Shown in pieces: positions 7,081 to 16,674 of a stretch of DNA of 58,379 bases. Every line of letters starts with the position of its first letter. The first letter of the stretch is position 1. A model generated the notes under the pieces. That model had not been told where the DNA came from. It searched no databases and was given only the letters and a program-made list of their open reading frames with translations. A program made the translations under genes and the position numbers. Where the stretch lies: IMG/VR virus record IMGVR_UViG_3300020395_000009, positions 1 to 58,379 of that record; one strand, written 5' to 3'. This DNA is from a virus (Duplodnaviria; Caudoviricetes).

Positions 7081-10072
7081 TAAGAACACCAATATAATAG
7101 GGCAGTTGAGGGGGAAGCATGACCCTCATTATAAGCTGGCGGCTAGAGTTGACTTAAATCATGATATAATACATGGAATTGAGAAAAAGTTAACTGATTT
7201 ACCAAAGATACATTCTACATTAAGTAAGTCCTTTGGAATGCAAAGGAAAACTTTACGTCGAGTGATGGGATTGGAAGGAATCCAATCTTCACTCCTCTTT
7301 AGAGTGATAGGATTGGAGGAAGTAGTCACTGGAGATGCACGGAAGAGACCAAAGGGTGAACCAGAGGGTGAGAAACCACTAAGTAGGAAAGGACCAGATC
7401 CAAAGAAACCAAGGGGTAAGAAACCAAAAAGAGGTAGAAGAGGTGCAAGAGGTAGGTCTGGTAGACCTGGTGTAGATGGTAGAGGTAGTGGATCATATAC
7501 TGATGGTGCTCGTAGAATAGGAACTTTAGATGGTGCTGATGGTGCTCCAGGAGCAAGTGGTATTGGTTCTCCTGGATTAGATGGAGTTGCTGGTGGTACT
7601 GGTGGATATGGTCCAGGAGGTTTAGATGGACTGGATGGTATAAGTGGTGCTGATGGATTAGGAGGTGCTCGTGGTGCTGATGGTTCTGGTGCTGATGGAT
7701 TAGGTGGTGCTGCTGGTGCTGCTGGTGCTGATGGATTAGGTGGTGCTGATGGTTTTGGTATTGATGGTGCTGCAGGTGCTTCAGGTCTAGGTGGTGCTGA
7801 TGGATATGGATATGGTGTTGATGGTGCTGCAGGTGCTTCAGGTCTAGGTGGTGCTGATGGTTTTGGTATTGATGGTGCTGCAGGAGCAGGTGGTGCTGAT
7901 GGATATGGATATGGTGTTGATGGTGCTGCAGGTGCTGCAGGTGCTGATGGTAGATCTGTTCATATATTAGATGGTCCTGGTGCTTTTGATAAAAGTTTTA
8001 GAAGAACAAGAATAAGTACTGAGAGTTTTACAAAGGGTACTCCATATACAAAAACTGATGCATATGCAGAAGATGTTCATGGTATTACAGCTGATGGAGA
8101 GCAATTAACTCCTCAAGAAAGAAAGAAAAGATTTCTAGAAAGAAGAAAAAAGATAACTGCAGATAGATTTAAGAGAGGTACATCAGCAGAAGGGGCAGAA
8201 AAAGTTGCTGCTGATACTACTGGTACTAGTGATCTTGTAAAGGTTGGTAAACCAGATCCTGCAGCAACTTCTGTAACACCACCTGATCAAGAAGATGCAG
8301 CTTCAGGAGAAGAAAGAGGAGGAGAGCAAAGTAATGCACAAAAAATATTAAAATCAATTAGTAGTCCTATATCTACCATAGCAGATACTGTAGATTCTAT
8401 TTTTAAGACAATACAAGATCAGTATAAGGAGCAACAAGATACTAAAGAAGATGCTAGAATAAAATCAGAAGAGAAGGAAGTAAAGGCACAAGAAAAGAGT
8501 TTAGAAAAAGGAGGATCTAAAGGTAAAGGTTTGGGTGGTAAGTTACAAGATACTACAAAAAAATTATTTAAACCTTTTACTGGCATTCTTGAAAGACTTA
8601 AGCAATTCTTTGTGGCAATCTTGGCAGGTAAAGTTCTTATGCCATTGTTGGATTGGTTTGGTGATCCAGCAAATGCAGATAAGGTTACTTCATTATTCAG
8701 ATTTGTTAAAGACTGGTGGCCTGTTTTAGTTGCAGGACTTATTGCATTCTTAGGACCATCAATGATATCATTGGTGGGTGTTGTTGCATTATTAATGTGG
8801 GGTGTCCCTAAGATTGTTGATGCAGTAAAATGGGTATTAAATATACCCAGTATGATAGGGAAATTATTAACGGGTGGTGGTAAAGATTTAGATAAAGCAG
8901 GAGATGATGCAGTTGCTGGTATAGAAAAGGATACAGATACTAAAATACCTGGACAAGATCCAAAGGCAGAAAAGCAAGCAGACCAAACGGGACAACAACA
9001 GCAACAACAAGCACCGACAGGAGGAAGAGGAGGGCAACAACAGCAGCAAGTACAACCTAAGCAGAAATTATTTGGTGGTGGTAAGGTTAATAAGTATGAG
9101 GATGGTGGTAAGGTAAAAGATAAGGAAGAGGATAGAGGTGGTGTAGTAGAGGGACCAAAGGGTAAGGATAGAGTTCCTGCTATGCTCACTGATGGTGAGT
9201 TTGTAATGAGTAGAGGTGCTGTACAAGAATATGGTGCTGATACTCTTGCTGGTATGAATGCTGCAGCAGGTGGAACTAATAAACCAGATATGGTAAAAGT
9301 TCCACACTTCTCAGGTGGAGGTATGGTAGGTGATACTCCTCCAGAGCCAGCAAATATATCTTCAGGATCTGATGGTGCTTCGGGATCTGATGGTGCTTCA
9401 GGATCTGATGGTGCTTCGGGATCTGGATCTGATGGTGCTTCGGGATCTGATGGTTCTTCTGGATCCGATGGTGCTTCTGGTTCTGGTGGCGAATCTGGTA
9501 AGGATGGTAAGGATGGTAAAGGTATACTAGGTAAGATATGGGGTGCTGCACAGAAAGTTCTTAGTCCTCAGATACGTATAATGATGAAGTTGATTGGTGG
9601 TGTGAAAGGTATGATCACTAATATTGCAAGTAATACTATTAAGAAATTAACTGGTGGTATACCTAAGAAGAAGCATATTAAATTGCATAATTCCTATGCC
9701 CTTAAGGATCATACGCATAAGAGTTTGGGACCAGCATCGGGAGGAGGAGAAGCAGGTAAACCAACAGGAATTGGTAGAATGTTAGCAGGTGCTGCTGATG
9801 CTGCTACTGGTGGATTCTTTGATTTTGATAAGCAAGGTGGTGGTGGAGCAGATCTTATTAAGAAAGCAAAGGCAAAGATATCACAGATCCAGAAGGGTGG
9901 TGCAAATATTACTCCTCCTGCATCAAATGAATCTAAAGTAACTATTATTCAGCAAGATGGAGGAGGATCTAGTCCATCTCCTGAACCTGGTGGATCAAAT
10001 ATTCCAGCATTTCCTGTTGTTTATCCAGCAAGAAAGTCTACTAAACAAAAATTATTGGGGATAACGGTATAA
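7073..10072 (+). CDS. Tape-measure-like tail protein 1 with Gly-X-Y/GADG repeats and hydrophobic helices
   Basis: Coiled-coil region, hydrophobic WWPVLVAGLIAFLGPSMISLVGVVALLMWG, and GGVVEGPKGKDRVPAMLTDGEFVMSRGAV (a motif common in tape-measure proteins); follows gp26/gp51. Confidence 0.6.
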   Translation: MPSKNTNIIGQLRGKHDPHYKLAARVDLNHDIIHGIEKKLTDLPKIHSTLSKSFGMQRKTLRRVMGLEGIQSSLLFRVIGLEEVVTGDARKRPKGEPEGEKPLSRKGPDPKKPRGKKPKRGRRGARGRSGRPGVDGRGSGSYTDGARRIGTLDGADGAPGASGIGSPGLDGVAGGTGGYGPGGLDGLDGISGADGLGGARGADGSGADGLGGAAGAAGADGLGGADGFGIDGAAGASGLGGADGYGYGVDGAAGASGLGGADGFGIDGAAGAGGADGYGYGVDGAAGAAGADGRSVHILDGPGAFDKSFRRTRISTESFTKGTPYTKTDAYAEDVHGITADGEQLTPQERKKRFLERRKKITADRFKRGTSAEGAEKVAADTTGTSDLVKVGKPDPAATSVTPPDQEDAASGEERGGEQSNAQKILKSISSPISTIADTVDSIFKTIQDQYKEQQDTKEDARIKSEEKEVKAQEKSLEKGGSKGKGLGGKLQDTTKKLFKPFTGILERLKQFFVAILAGKVLMPLLDWFGDPANADKVTSLFRFVKDWWPVLVAGLIAFLGPSMISLVGVVALLMWGVPKIVDAVKWVLNIPSMIGKLLTGGGKDLDKAGDDAVAGIEKDTDTKIPGQDPKAEKQADQTGQQQQQQAPTGGRGGQQQQQVQPKQKLFGGGKVNKYEDGGKVKDKEEDRGGVVEGPKGKDRVPAMLTDGEFVMSRGAVQEYGADTLAGMNAAAGGTNKPDMVKVPHFSGGGMVGDTPPEPANISSGSDGASGSDGASGSDGASGSGSDGASGSDGSSGSDGASGSGGESGKDGKDGKGILGKIWGAAQKVLSPQIRIMMKLIGGVKGMITNIASNTIKKLTGGIPKKKHIKLHNSYALKDHTHKSLGPASGGGEAGKPTGIGRMLAGAADAATGGFFDFDKQGGGGADLIKKAKAKISQIQKGGANITPPASNESKVTIIQQDGGGSSPSPEPGGSNIPAFPVVYPARKSTKQKLLGITV
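7500..7950 (+). repeat. Degenerate in-frame GADG/GAAG repeats, including alternating ~51/57-nt units
   Basis: Near-identical blocks such as GATGGTGCTGCAGGTGCTTCAGGTCTAGGTGGTGCTGATGG recur at about 7763 and 7820. Confidence 0.85.
9362..9520 (+). repeat. 18-bp tandem repeat TCRGGATCTGATGGTGCT (SGSDGA, collagen-like) followed by GKD repeats
   Basis: Units start at 9362, 9380 and 9398, then degenerate copies continue to about 9490; GGTAAGGAT repeats follow. Confidence 0.9.
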
Positions 10073-10073
10073 T

Positions 10074-12371
10074 ATGGCTTGGGCAGCACTGGGTAAAAAA
10101 TTAGCGACTGGAGCAGTCAAGGGTAAGGCAAAGAAGATTGCCACTGATAAGTTATTGAATAGAAAGAAAAAGTCTCGTGCCAAAAGACCATCGTTAGATG
10201 AACTTATTGCAGAGGTTAGGGGTAGTGGTCCTGAAGCTGACCAAGCAAAAGGTGGAGCACTTGTTGTTCGACCTACTACTTCTTTAGTTCCTTCTCCTGG
10301 TGGTGCTATTCAGAAACATACTGGTGTAGATGGTGAGTATGGTAGTGTAGAAGATAATATTATTAGAATCAAATCAAAAGTTATTGCAATAGATGGTATA
10401 TTAAAAGGTACTCTTGCAGCAGAGAAAGCACGGAAAGCAGATGCAGCAGCAGCACAAGAAGCATCAGAACAAGCAGCAGCAGAAAAGAAATTAGAAGCAA
10501 AACCAAAGAAGAAGAAAAAAGGAATTAAGTTGAAAGCACCCAAACAAGTTATGGGTCTTTGGCAAAGGTTACAAACTTTCTTTAGTACTCTAGTACTTGG
10601 TTATATTGGAATGCAATTGCTTCCTTTATTACCAAAGTTGATTCCTCTTGCTAAAGGTCTTCTAGGTATTGTAGATAAGATTATATGGGTTGCTGGTAAA
10701 CTTCTTGAATTTGCAGTGACCTTTATTGATTGGGGTTATAAACTTTATGATATGGGAATGGGTCTCATCAAGAATCTTGTTGGTGAAAAGGGTGCTAAGT
10801 TAATTGAAGACCTTATGGGTCACTTAAATACTCTTATCAATGGATTTCTTGTATGGAAGATAGTTGGTGAGAAAATATTTAAGGCAATTGTTGCTCATAT
10901 AAAAAGAGTCTTTAGAATAGCAAAGATAATATTCAAGAAGGTAACAAAGTTTGCTAAGAATATTATTAAGAATGCTCTTAATTTTGCAAAGAATATAGCA
11001 CAGAGGGTTGGTAAAAACCTGATGAAGATACCAGGTGTTAAGAATGTGGTATCTAATGTTGCTAAGACAGCAGGTAATATACTTGGTAAGGGTGCTAACT
11101 TATTGAGTAAGGGTAAGGGATTACTTGGTAAGGCTGGTGGTATATTTAAGGTTGGAGGTAAAGCAGCAGCAGGTAAGGTAGGAGGAATTGCTGGTAAGAT
11201 ATTTGGTAAGGCAGCTAAGTTCATTGCTCCTGCTATTAAGGGTGCAATGCCAGCAGTAAAAGGATTCCTTGGAAGGATTCCTATCATGGGACCCCTTATC
11301 GTAGGTATTGTATCTCTCTTAACAGGAGATCCTCCAGGTAAGGCTATCTTCAAGGCACTTGGTGCAGCATTAGGTGGAGCACTTGGAACCTTTATACCTA
11401 TTCCTGTTCTTGGTACACTGATTGGTGAAACAATTGGTGTGTTTGTTGGTGAGTTATTATATTATCTGATTATAAAACGAGATCCTAAAGCAGCATTTCA
11501 GTTCCTGAAAGATAGCTTTATGAAGATCTTTAATGTAGGAAAGAATATATTCCTATTCTTTAAGGATGGATTTAGTAGGTTTATTACTACCTTCCCAATG
11601 GTGAAGTTCCCTGCTCAGAGTATTGGGCATTATATGTATAAGTTCCTGTCTATCAATCCTATCTACAAAGGGATGATGGATTTTGAGGTTCCTGGTTGGA
11701 GGGTTATACCTAAATGGATTCGTGGATTCTCATTAAAGAAATTACTAAGTTCTCTTCCCAGTATTCCTGAGATATTAGGAACTATATTTAATTTGCATCC
11801 ATTGCTAAAAGGTTTGGTTAAGGATGGTAAGGTAGAAGGTTTCCCTGCAATATGGCAGTTAATGAATCCTGTCTTTATGATTAAGCATCTGAAGGAATCA
11901 TTCTTCCCATCTAGTGGTGGACCAAGTAAACCTGCTACAGAACAATCTCAATCTGTTTCAGAGGTGGGTGAACCTAAAGAGGAAAAGAAGAAGAAAGAAG
12001 ATCCTGTAAAGAAAGAGAAGAGAAGATTGAAAGAATTATATAAGAAGAAGGTTGAAAAAATTCATACTTCTATAACTGATTTTGTTATGGGTGTAGGTGA
12101 AGCAATGAAGATTCCTTTAGTTGAGGAGGAAGCAGACACACCTAAATTACAAGTTGCTGGTGCTACTACTAAGAGTGCAAGTTCAACTAATGAAAAGATA
12201 TCTTCAGTGAGTTCTCATGCTTCATATGAAGAAGGTGCTGGATCAACAGTAATTATTCAGAATAATTCTTCTACTGCTGTTCAACCATCACCTAAGAGTG
12301 ATGTTAATCCATTTGCTGCATCCTCTGCTTCTGGAGAGGATCCTTATGAGTCTCTTGATCAGTTTGGTTAA
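10074..12371 (+). CDS. Tape-measure-like tail protein 2 (paralogue of 7073..10072)
   Basis: Shares coiled-coil + EKKLE + GLWQRLQTFFSTLVLG architecture with the upstream gene; long amphipathic Lys/Gly/Ala helices and GAALGGALGTFIPIPVLGTLIG glycine zipper. Confidence 0.6.
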   Translation: MAWAALGKKLATGAVKGKAKKIATDKLLNRKKKSRAKRPSLDELIAEVRGSGPEADQAKGGALVVRPTTSLVPSPGGAIQKHTGVDGEYGSVEDNIIRIKSKVIAIDGILKGTLAAEKARKADAAAAQEASEQAAAEKKLEAKPKKKKKGIKLKAPKQVMGLWQRLQTFFSTLVLGYIGMQLLPLLPKLIPLAKGLLGIVDKIIWVAGKLLEFAVTFIDWGYKLYDMGMGLIKNLVGEKGAKLIEDLMGHLNTLINGFLVWKIVGEKIFKAIVAHIKRVFRIAKIIFKKVTKFAKNIIKNALNFAKNIAQRVGKNLMKIPGVKNVVSNVAKTAGNILGKGANLLSKGKGLLGKAGGIFKVGGKAAAGKVGGIAGKIFGKAAKFIAPAIKGAMPAVKGFLGRIPIMGPLIVGIVSLLTGDPPGKAIFKALGAALGGALGTFIPIPVLGTLIGETIGVFVGELLYYLIIKRDPKAAFQFLKDSFMKIFNVGKNIFLFFKDGFSRFITTFPMVKFPAQSIGHYMYKFLSINPIYKGMMDFEVPGWRVIPKWIRGFSLKKLLSSLPSIPEILGTIFNLHPLLKGLVKDGKVEGFPAIWQLMNPVFMIKHLKESFFPSSGGPSKPATEQSQSVSEVGEPKEEKKKKEDPVKKEKRRLKELYKKKVEKIHTSITDFVMGVGEAMKIPLVEEEADTPKLQVAGATTKSASSTNEKISSVSSHASYEEGAGSTVIIQNNSSTAVQPSPKSDVNPFAASSASGEDPYESLDQFG

Positions 12372-12374
12372 ATA
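12369..12374 (+). promoter_or_regulatory. Late promoter core TAAATA
   Basis: Overlaps the upstream stop codon, 21 nt before ATG 12396. Confidence 0.5.
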
Positions 12375-12395
12375 TAACTATGGAGTAATAATAAA

Positions 12396-13739
12396 ATGAC
12401 CGCAAAAGTACTTGGGTTAGCTGCAGAAGCTTCTGCAATTAAATCTGTAACAATTATATCTAATGAGAGTGGTGAAGCAGTAGATATTTCACCAGGAATT
12501 TCTTTGCTTATGTATTTTGAGAGTATTCTACAGGATACTCTTAGAGTTACTGTAAGGTTTGTTGATTCAGGAGATTCAACTAAGGAGGGTAAGACTGTAA
12601 GGGAAGGTCTACCTCTGGTAGGACAGGAGAGAGTTGAGATTGAGTTTGAGGATAATAATGAGGTATCTATAGGGGCAGATCCAAAATTAGTTTTGTATGT
12701 TAATAAGATAACACCCATAGAAAATGATACTAGTACTGAATTGATACAAATAGAATTAGTATCTAAGGAGTTTATATTAAATGAAAAGATAAGAGTTAAT
12801 ACTAGATATGATGGTAAGATTAGTGATCATATTACTGATATATTAAAAGATAATGATAACTATCTTGCTACAGAAAAGGAATTAGACATTGAAGAAGTTG
12901 AAAATAATTTTAATTTTATAGGTAATAATAAGAAACCATTTTTTATGGTGAATGCATTGTCAAAGAAATCTGTACCTGTGGGTAAGAAGGGAAAGGCAGC
13001 AGGGTTCTTTTTTTATGAGACTTCTGATGGATTTCATTTTAAATCATTAGATACTTTATTAGATCCTTCTCAAAACGAAAAAGTTAAATCTATTATCTAT
13101 AATGAAACACCTGAATCTAAAGGGGCAAACATACCTGAAGGATATGACATGAAAGCTTTAGAATATAAGTTAGATAATCGTGTTAATGTTCAAGAGAAAT
13201 TAAAGTTAGGTGCTTATGATAGTAAAATAATATTATTTGATCCTTTTGATTGTTACTATCAAGTAGTTACTGATAAAGCAGAGGATAAAGATACTGAACA
13301 ATCTGCAGGTAAAGGACTGCCTAAATTAAATGATGAGTTTGAGAGGGTTAATCAACCTCAGAAAAATTCTACTAGGACTACTTATTGTTTGGTTGATAGG
13401 GGATCATTACCAACTGGAGATACTTCTGATCAAATTGATGGTGCAGAGGAACAGAATTTTGAGTATCTAAACATAACTAATCAAGCAATCAGAAGGTATA
13501 ATCAATTCTATTCATCAAAAGTCACGATTACCATACCTGGAGACTTTTCATTACATGTAGGTAATGCTATATTTGTAGATGCACCTGGATTATCAAGAGA
13601 AAAAGACGGTGGAACCGACCAGGAAGCTGGTGGGATATATATTATAGCGGATTTATGCCACTATTTAACCACAGAGGCTACCTATACTAAGTTAAATTTA
13701 GTTAGGGATACTGTTGGTAGAAAGGGTACATCAACCTAA
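12396..13739 (+). CDS. Probable baseplate hub protein (gp27-like)
   Basis: YFESIL...LPLVGQERV...GFFFYETSDGFHFKSLDTL...ITIPGDFSLHVG...GGIYIIADLCH...TKLNLVRD; lies upstream of gp5. Confidence 0.6.
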   Translation: MTAKVLGLAAEASAIKSVTIISNESGEAVDISPGISLLMYFESILQDTLRVTVRFVDSGDSTKEGKTVREGLPLVGQERVEIEFEDNNEVSIGADPKLVLYVNKITPIENDTSTELIQIELVSKEFILNEKIRVNTRYDGKISDHITDILKDNDNYLATEKELDIEEVENNFNFIGNNKKPFFMVNALSKKSVPVGKKGKAAGFFFYETSDGFHFKSLDTLLDPSQNEKVKSIIYNETPESKGANIPEGYDMKALEYKLDNRVNVQEKLKLGAYDSKIILFDPFDCYYQVVTDKAEDKDTEQSAGKGLPKLNDEFERVNQPQKNSTRTTYCLVDRGSLPTGDTSDQIDGAEEQNFEYLNITNQAIRRYNQFYSSKVTITIPGDFSLHVGNAIFVDAPGLSREKDGGTDQEAGGIYIIADLCHYLTTEATYTKLNLVRDTVGRKGTST

Positions 13740-13755
13740 TCTTAGGAGAAAATTT

Positions 13756-14019
13756 ATGAATATCAAACACGACTTAGAACATGAGGTCTATATTGACCCT
13801 AAAGATGGTAAGGAGCATACCAATCACGGTATGCATGAGTACACTAAAGAAGATTTAGAAAATTCTCATGCTTATTATGAAGAGTATCATAAGGATGATG
13901 TAATTGATCCTAATGATGCTAAGATTAATGATTATCATACACGACATGAAGATCAACACTTAGAGATCTATTGTGATAATCATCCAGATGCAGATGAATG
14001 TAAGGTATACGACGATTAA
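13756..14019 (+). CDS. cp12: CP12-like Calvin cycle inhibitor (auxiliary metabolic gene)
   Basis: C-terminus LEIYCDNHPDADECKVYDD is the CP12 GAPDH-binding signature. AGGAG at 13744-13748 supports ATG 13756. Confidence 0.85.
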   Translation: MNIKHDLEHEVYIDPKDGKEHTNHGMHEYTKEDLENSHAYYEEYHKDDVIDPNDAKINDYHTRHEDQHLEIYCDNHPDADECKVYDD

Positions 14020-14022
14020 TCT

Positions 14023-16635
14023 ATGGATATCGGGGGCTCATTATTTAATTCAGGATTTTTAGGTGCTGACTTCTTCTGGTGGGTCGGTCAGATTGCTGAC
14101 GACTCTGTGTGGAGGGATAATATAACCCCAGGTAAACATGCTAATAGGCAAAATGTTCCAGGATGGGGTAGGAGATATAAGGTAAGGATTATTGGTCTTC
14201 ATGATAAAGAAGAAGAGTCTGTTGCATCTGATCAGTTACCTTGGGCACAGATAATGTACCCAGTTACTGCTGGTGGAGGTCAGGGTAGTGCTTTTCAGAC
14301 TGCAAACCTCCGTCAAGGTAACTTTGTTTTTGGATTCTTTTTAGATGGTAAAGAACAAAGTGTTCCTGTTATTATAGGAGTGCTTGGTAATAATTCCCAG
14401 ACAAAATTAGCACAAGATGGAATAGGAGCTGCTGCTGAAGGTAAAAATAATTTTGGTCCGACAAGTGGATTTTCTGATGGTGAAGTTCCTAAACAAGGAG
14501 CATCTAAAGAAGTAGTCCCTGAAACTGATTTGGTTGTTGAGAAACCAAAGTCAAATGAGCAAGCACAGGAAGAAGCAAATCAGGGATTGCCTACTAATAA
14601 TCTAGGAACCCCTGTAAATAAACCAGTATCTCCACAGCAACAGGCAGATATTGATAATGCTAGAAGACAAGGTGAAGAACTGGGATTAGAGGGTGAAGAA
14701 TTATTCTCTTATATTAGGGAGAATGTTCAGAAAGGTATTGAGAACAGGATTAAGAATGCAAATGCTGCTGATGCACCTGTACAACCAGGAGCAACTAAGG
14801 AGACTGCAGATGCTATTCATTTAACTGGTGCTGCTGATGTTATAAGAGATGATTTATATGAAAAACCTATACCTGTTATGAAACCTGATGATCTTGTTGG
14901 GTCTTCTCTGAAGTCTATGCAAATTGTTATGGATAATATGACACAGGATGTTGATAAGTATATGAAATCATTAAAGGATGGTGGATATATTGATGCTGTT
15001 TCTATGAATAAAGACTTACGTAATCTGAAGGCAGTTCAAGCAAATGCTGCATGTGAGATATCAAAGTATATGAAGATTATTATGGATAAGATGATGGAAT
15101 ATGTATCAAAGACATTAAACAAAGAATTAGCAGAGAAGGTTGCACAGATGCCATCTAGTCAAAGGTGGATGATGGCAGATATGAAAGAGATAACTGGAAA
15201 ACAAACGCTTCAGAATTATAATCAAATTGCTGACAATATGTGTGGAACTATAGAACAAGTACTAGAAGAGACTTTAGATACGGATGAGATAATTAAACAG
15301 TTCCAAGGTAGGATAGATCGTTCAATTGATCAGCAAATTAGGGATCAAACTGGACTTACTGGTGGAGATCCAGGTACTGATGCAACAGTTGATATGATAA
15401 ATGCTGCTCAAAACATTGTAACTGATTATGCTGCATTAGATCCTGATCAAGATTCTATAATGGAGAGTACCCAAAACACTATCGTTGATTTGACAAAGGA
15501 ACTTGACTATCCAACAAAACCAAAATTAAAAGATTGTTTTGCAGAAGATTTGGCCGCAAAAGTTATAAGTCAAAATAGGAAATTAATTGATACTGCAAAT
15601 GATAATATTGTCAAGAGTATTAATTATTTTATGAATGATATGCAAAAGATGTTGTCAGAATCTGGAGCAACTTCTACTGGTAGTAAGTCTATTGCTGGTC
15701 AGATAATGTCATTTACTGATGAAGAAGTATTGGATCAAGTAAGAGGAGGTACTGCATATATTACTGCAACATCTGTTGCAACTGGTATCTATGGTAATAT
15801 TAATCCTGGAATTAGTACAAGTTTAGGTAAGGGATGTGTAGTTAATATTAAAGTAGATAGTGGTGGTCTTTGTGGAAAGGGTGCTGCACAAGCTGAACAT
15901 TATACTTGGATAGAAAGAGGAACTAATTATGTTAATGGTAACCAGTCAGGAACTATTTGTGATACTAGTGGTGCTGGAACTGGTATGGTAATTAATATGA
16001 CTGTTGCTGGAGGTGAAATACAAACAGTAAGAGTTCATACTATGGGTACTGGATATAAAGCAGGAGATATAATCTATCCTCATATGCAAGGAGGACCAGG
16101 TTCTATTGCTGGTAATGGATCCTTTAGACTGGAGTTAGTACAAGGTCCAATTAATCCAGGTGGTATTGATATAATTAAGAAAGGTGCTGATTATAAAGAT
16201 GGTGATGTTATATTTGTTGATCAGACTAATTTTGGAGTTAGGTCAACTGATGCAACATTTACTACTACATCTACTAGTACTAAGATTGATAAGAAATTAA
16301 CAGGAACAGGACAAAGTTTAGATGATATATTAGGATCTATTACTTCTGTTGGTGGTAATTTAACTCAAGCATTGCAGTTTAAGAATATTACTGGTAATGT
16401 ATTCCCGTTTGAGTTGCCTCCTAATTTGGCGGTGTCTGATATGTATAAGTTAGGATCGGGTGGTTCATCTAAAGAGGATGCTGAATTACCAAACGTTTCT
16501 AATGTTCATAAAAAAGTAAAACCACTTGAACAAAAACCACTTCAAGGTATACCATTTATAGAACCTGATATCGGTGAACCTGAATTGAAATATGATGAAG
16601 TTAGATCTAGGATAAATGCTCCTGGTTTATCCTGA
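14023..16635 (+). CDS. gp5: Baseplate hub subunit gp5 (N-terminal OB fold; no lysozyme domain recognised)
   Basis: FFWWVGQI...GRRYKVRIIGLH...LPWAQIMYP...GNFVFGFFLDG...PVIIGVL is the gp5 N-domain. Confidence 0.8.
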   Translation: MDIGGSLFNSGFLGADFFWWVGQIADDSVWRDNITPGKHANRQNVPGWGRRYKVRIIGLHDKEEESVASDQLPWAQIMYPVTAGGGQGSAFQTANLRQGNFVFGFFLDGKEQSVPVIIGVLGNNSQTKLAQDGIGAAAEGKNNFGPTSGFSDGEVPKQGASKEVVPETDLVVEKPKSNEQAQEEANQGLPTNNLGTPVNKPVSPQQQADIDNARRQGEELGLEGEELFSYIRENVQKGIENRIKNANAADAPVQPGATKETADAIHLTGAADVIRDDLYEKPIPVMKPDDLVGSSLKSMQIVMDNMTQDVDKYMKSLKDGGYIDAVSMNKDLRNLKAVQANAACEISKYMKIIMDKMMEYVSKTLNKELAEKVAQMPSSQRWMMADMKEITGKQTLQNYNQIADNMCGTIEQVLEETLDTDEIIKQFQGRIDRSIDQQIRDQTGLTGGDPGTDATVDMINAAQNIVTDYAALDPDQDSIMESTQNTIVDLTKELDYPTKPKLKDCFAEDLAAKVISQNRKLIDTANDNIVKSINYFMNDMQKMLSESGATSTGSKSIAGQIMSFTDEEVLDQVRGGTAYITATSVATGIYGNINPGISTSLGKGCVVNIKVDSGGLCGKGAAQAEHYTWIERGTNYVNGNQSGTICDTSGAGTGMVINMTVAGGEIQTVRVHTMGTGYKAGDIIYPHMQGGPGSIAGNGSFRLELVQGPINPGGIDIIKKGADYKDGDVIFVDQTNFGVRSTDATFTTTSTSTKIDKKLTGTGQSLDDILGSITSVGGNLTQALQFKNITGNVFPFELPPNLAVSDMYKLGSGGSSKEDAELPNVSNVHKKVKPLEQKPLQGIPFIEPDIGEPELKYDEVRSRINAPGLS

Positions 16636-16641
16636 TAAATA
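16635..16641 (+). promoter_or_regulatory. Late promoter ATAAATA
   Basis: Overlaps the gp5 stop, 33 nt before ATG 16675. Confidence 0.65.
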
Positions 16642-16674
16642 TCTAATATGTATTTTGGATATAGTATAGAATAG

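Noticed and set aside
8419-9189. 256-aa minus-strand ORF with poly-Cys runs
   Set aside because: Antisense shadow of CAA/CAG poly-Gln and biased codons in 7073..10072; no promoter or RBS.
9362-9490. Possible CRISPR-like array
   Set aside because: 18-bp tandem units without unique spacers, in frame within a CDS.
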